Assembly: GCA_951406725.2 (NCBI GenBank)
Contig: OX597819.1
Span: forward strand, 27,156,001 to 27,220,000
DNA: 64,000 nucleotides
Direction: 5' to 3'
Origin: Octopus vulgaris
Lineage: Eukaryota
Under the pieces are notes generated by a model that saw only the letters and a program-made list of their open reading frames with translations, made no database searches and was not told where the DNA came from. A program made the position numbers and the translations under genes. This document shows, piece by piece, positions 58,141 through 64,000 of the stretch. Every line of letters begins with the position of its first letter. Positions within the stretch are counted from its first letter, which is position 1.

Positions 58141-59284
58141 CAATATTTATATGACCATTGTTACTCTTACGAGTCCGGTGTCTTGACAGAATCATGAGAG
58201 TGTCGGTTACAAATGCTCTACAGTGTTTAGTGAAGGTTCTTTTCTAGGGCAAATCTCGTCAAGATCAACTTTGACTTTCGTAATTTTGGAATCAATAGCA
58301 TTTTATTTTATCAAGTTCTGAAATCTGTAAAATAGAATATTTGTCAAGCGCTGGTTCAGTTTAATCGACTAGTTCTTTCCTTTAGAATATAAAATTTTGC
58401 CCTTCTTGGAATCCTTTGTTATAAATATAATCACCATCAGTACAACAGAGTGGAATAATCAGGGGAAGTAACAACTAAACTGTTTGTAGTACTTTGTAGC
58501 ACATTTTTTATTCTACTAGTAGTATCATTTCAAAGTACGTTCAGATCACGCCATGCTCAATATAGCCCTTTATTCTTCCGAATTCAATAATTAAAGTACC
58601 AGTAATATACTGGAACAAATATTTGAGAGAGAGCCAGTGTAAAAAATCATTATTAAAATAAATCAATGTGGAAGCCGTTACAAAAGCGCAGTCATGTCTC
58701 CTTCAGATACTCTCTGTAAAAAAGACAGTCATTAAAACCTGAAAGGATGCATTGCACAGAATATTTCTAGATACACTACATTTGATAAAAATAGAGTTGG
58801 CCATGGTAGAAATGCATCTCATCGTAAGTGTGCTCGATAAAATCTGACCTTGGGTTAAACAAACAGCATCGACACTAGCAATTAGTATTAGCACTATTGG
58901 ATGTTAGTACTGAACCTTCGAATTCACTAGACAGGTAGTCCTGACATTTTTTTCTCGGGACCCAAGACTCATAAGGCCGATTACCCGGTTTCCGGTGAGG
59001 TGGGGGAGGGGTATAAGTGACCGAGCACTCAACGATACTCCCGAACGAATCACCGGTCCGTTGTACAGTTCGAAGCTCGCTGTTCTGAGGGAAAGGTGGA
59101 AATCGATTATATCAACCCCAGTACTTTATCGATCCTAGAGGGATGGAAGGGAAAGTTGACCTTCGCAGGATGTGAACTCAGGATTAAAAAAACCCCGGAA
59201 GATATGCCTTCAAGCATTTTATTCCGCGCCGCCTTATTTCAGACAATAACGTTCAGCTTACATTCTTTTAATAACAGAATGGAT

Positions 59285-59650
59285 GGAAGCACTCCGTCGG
59301 TTACGACGACGAGGGTTCCGGTTGATCCGAATCAACGGAACAGCCTGCTCGTGAAATTAACGTGTAAGTGGCTGAGCACTCCACAGACACGTGTATCCTT
59401 AACGTAGTCCTCGGGGATATTCAGCGTGACACAGAGAGTGACAAGGCCGGCCCTTTGAAATACAGGTACAACAGAAACAGGAAGTAAGAGTGAGAGAAAG
59501 TTGTGATGAAAGAGTACAGCAGGGATCACCACCATCCCCTGCCGGAGCCTCGTGGAGCTTTAGGTGTTTTCGCTCAATAAACACTCACAACGCCCGGTCT
59601 GGGAATCGAAACCGCGATCCTATGACCGCGAGTCTGCTGCCCTAACCACT
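59285..59650 (-). mobile_element. tRNA(Arg-like)-SINE family C (head 1 + tail 1), 5' tip truncated
   Basis: Near-identical to 38114-38480. Confidence 0.9.
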
Positions 59651-60089
59651 TTTTAACGCAGGCATGAAATCACAAAATTGAGGCAACAGTCATACTCTAT
59701 TAGGACTACTTCATCACTTCGCTGGTACTTGATATATCAACCTTAGATGGATCTAAGATAAGTAAATCGTGGCGAAAATTGAAGCCTGAAATCATAAACA
59801 CCGCAAATCATTTTCCCCGACAGTCCGCTGTTTCTGCTAATTACCGTCAATAAATGCAAGAATATGAAGATAATGTCATTGCGAAGTCTCAGATGTTTTA
59901 ACACAAATGAATATAAATATGTTTACATGTACGATTAAAAGATAGTGTGTGCTCGTGGAAATATAGTACACATGCGGTGTTGGAGACATTCATGAATGCC
60001 TATTGAGTAAGAATATGTGTATGTGTCTGTGTGTGTGTTTACATATTAAAGTATATATATATATTATGATGTATATTCTTTTATTATTT

Positions 60090-60790
<701 letters not shown>

Positions 60791-61078
60791 ATGTGTAGAT
60801 ATAAGCATGAACAGACATATAATATATGTATATGATATATATAAATATATATAGACAGATAGGATGTTCTCCAAGCCGATGATTTAAAACTTACGGAGAC
60901 AATATTTACATATCGCCTGAGGAAGCACAGCTGGATCTCATAATGCAAGGAAACAGTTGTATAATCAAGTGCCTGCACATCTGGAGAACTACGTTGCGAG
61001 GAAACAATTGTAGTGATTAAAAAGGAAGTGTCTAACCGTACCCCTTCTTGTTGATTCCATTTATTCAATTATATATAT

Positions 61079-61357
<279 letters not shown>

Positions 61358-61684
61358 ATATATATATATCCTTTTATTCTTTTACTTGTTTCAGTCATTT
61401 GACTGCGGCCATGCTGGAACACCACTTTTAGTCGAGCTAATCGACACCAGGACATTCTTTGTAAGCCCAATATTTATCCTATCGGTCTCATATGCACATG
61501 TGTATGCAGGGGATGGAATGCAAACAAACACACACATGCACACACACACTCACACTCACACACATACACACACACACACATACACACACACACACACACA
61601 ATGTAACACATCAATAAGTAAATATTGTATTCCACTTAAAATAATTGAGTTCAGTGCTTTAGGTCTTTATTTACGAATAAAACA

Positions 61685-61823
<139 letters not shown>

Positions 61824-61852
61824 TTCTATATATATGTATGTGTGTATTTATG

Positions 61853-61912
<60 letters not shown>

Positions 61913-62467
61913 CATATACACACACACTCATAAAATCAACATCACGGATATAGAATGACACATCAAATGACAAGGCCGGAAAAAGAAAGTGAGGAAGGAA
62001 AGAAAAATGCCGGAAAAGAAGGACAGAGATGAGATTTGTGTTTGTAAGTGTGTATGTAAGTATAGGTTTGTAATTGTGTGTATGCTTGTGTGCGTGCGTG
62101 TGTATGTATGTGTGTGTGTGTGTGTGTGTGTGTATACAAACAAACATACATATTTACATGCGTACATAGAGTAACAGTGATAAAAATAATTAGGCTACAC
62201 AGAGAGGAAATATAAAGCTTCATAACTTTCTAGTTCAGCAGGGTTTTCCTGTTAATCCTTACAACATTACAATGCTAAATGTTATATGTTATGTGTGTTT
62301 CAGTTCATTGCCTCGTCGCTACACTTTGGTGACAAAGGCAATTATTGTTGTTGTTCATGTTGTTGTTGATGATGATGTTGTTATTGCTATTGGTGTTGCT
62401 GCCCCTTTTATTTCGAGTATCGTTATTGTTCAAAAGAGATATGTACACACACGTACGCACGCGCATG

Positions 62468-62539
<72 letters not shown>

Positions 62540-62541
<2 letters not shown>

Positions 62542-63060
62542 CCGTAAATCCTCGAGTATAATTCGCACTTTTTTCCCAAAATTTAAAAGTAAAAATCCCT
62601 AGTGCGTACTATATACGAGATTAAAAATGAAAAATATTTACTAAGCAATGTCCGAGTCTCTATTTGCTGTCTAGCAATGTTTATTCAGACGTATTTTGTG
62701 ATGTCGGGGGCAAAAATACCCCTTAAGCTAAGCTTGAAAGCAATGAAGTCATAAAAGAATCATCCATAACTTGCAGTAAGCAACATTTATTAAACGTTAT
62801 TACTGTTATTTCTTTATTTTCTGCTAACAAAAATCACAAAAAAGCTACACGTTTGCATTATGTTATAAATACAATAATAATAAAGGATGTTACCGTATAC
62901 ATTTTTACAAACCAAGAACGTTATATAGACCTCCTTGACTCAAGTTAGAGAAGGGGTGCGTCTTATACTCAAGCTTTGGGTTTTTCAGAGGTACAGCCCC
63001 CTAAAAATCCTCTGAGTATTATACTCAAGGGCGGACTATACTCGAGGATTTATTTACGGT
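62540..63060. mobile_element. Tc1/mariner (Tc2/pogo-like) MITE
   Basis: TACCGTAAATCCTCGAGTATA ... TATACTCGAGGATTTATTTACGGT, with subterminal repeats GTGCGTACTATATAC and GTGCGTCTTATACTC. Confidence 0.85.
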
Positions 63061-63250
63061 GTATATCGTTTTTGTATCTTGTTTGAAAGATTCTTTATGT
63101 GAATTCAAGTATTGAAACACATTTTACTGTGTCTAGAGAGAGTCATTATGCCAATATTTTTTATACACAATATTATTAACAACGCTTAGCATGAAGAACA
63201 TGAATACGCAGACTACATATACACATAGATACACATATACGCACGTACAT

Positions 63251-63281
<31 letters not shown>

Positions 63282-63292
63282 ATGATAAATAA

Positions 63293-63514
63293 ATGCGCCC
63301 TTTTAAAGTCTGGCCAGGCTCATGGGCCCGGTTTCCCGGTTTCTATGGAGTATGTTTTCCCCAGCTGGACGGGATACCAGTCCATCGCAGCGTTACACAT
63401 TTTTGCCAGCTGAGTTGACTGGAGCAACGTGAAATGAAGTGTTTTGCTCAAAAACACAACGCGTCGCCCGGTCCAGGAATCGAAGCCCCAATCTTACCAC
63501 TAAGCCACACGCCT

Positions 63515-63516
<2 letters not shown>
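63293..63516 (-). mobile_element. tRNA-SINE family C (head 2 + tail 2)
   Basis: The head and body match 6665 (CTCAGCTGGCAAAAA), and the tail matches 30053-30160. Confidence 0.85.
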
Positions 63517-63552
<36 letters not shown>

Positions 63553-63670
63553 GCATGCTCAAGCACACGTGCACACTGGCACGCACAAACAAGCGCGCAA
63601 CAAGGTCTCAAGCAAGGTAGACCAAAGCCTTGTGTGTGGATTTGATTGACGGAAACTGAAAGAAGCCTGT

Positions 63671-63708
<38 letters not shown>

Positions 63709-64000
63709 TTTCGGTAGGAATCGATTAAGGAGGAAAAGGGGAGAATTTCTAATATAGACAGAGTCAGAAATTTATGGATGCGAGAGAATTGTACGTAGAT
63801 CATACCGACTTAGGACGGGAATGGGACTTTAATTTATCGATCCAAAGAGGATAAGAAGCAACGTTTAACTTGACGGGATTTGAACTCAGACCGTAAAGAG
63901 CCGAAGAAATTTAACCAACAATATTATTTTCACTGTTGCTGTTGGCTTTGATTATTTATTTGTTTTTATTAAAAAATACTTTGTTGAGTTGTTTTTGTTT

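Overview
This is AT-rich, microsatellite-saturated animal DNA. The simple-repeat load and tRNA-derived SINE families suggest an octopus or other cephalopod, which is an inference. The only convincing protein-coding gene is a class A GPCR with an uninterrupted CDS (2193-3287, minus strand). It is preceded by a spliced 5' UTR carrying two uORFs, and a tRNA-Asp pseudogene lies just inside the upstream intron. Almost all other ORFs in the track are microsatellite or repeat translations. The rest of the window holds at least three tRNA-SINE families, LINE relics (RTE, CR1, R4/Dong-like), MITEs, Helitron-type elements and a ~2.5 kb tandem segmental duplication, part of which is probably a haplotype duplicate across a 100-N gap. 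The most striking signal is about 18 minimal type-I hammerhead-ribozyme-like motifs (CUGANGA-stem II-GAAAC-short or palindromic stem III-GUH). They belong to roughly ten unrelated short non-coding families, mostly sit in (TA)n/(TAA)n tracts, and are often arranged as inverted or tandem pairs. This matches Penelope-like element termini. One family joins a tRNA-like Pol III head to the ribozyme. All motifs were read by eye and none has been folded or tested.
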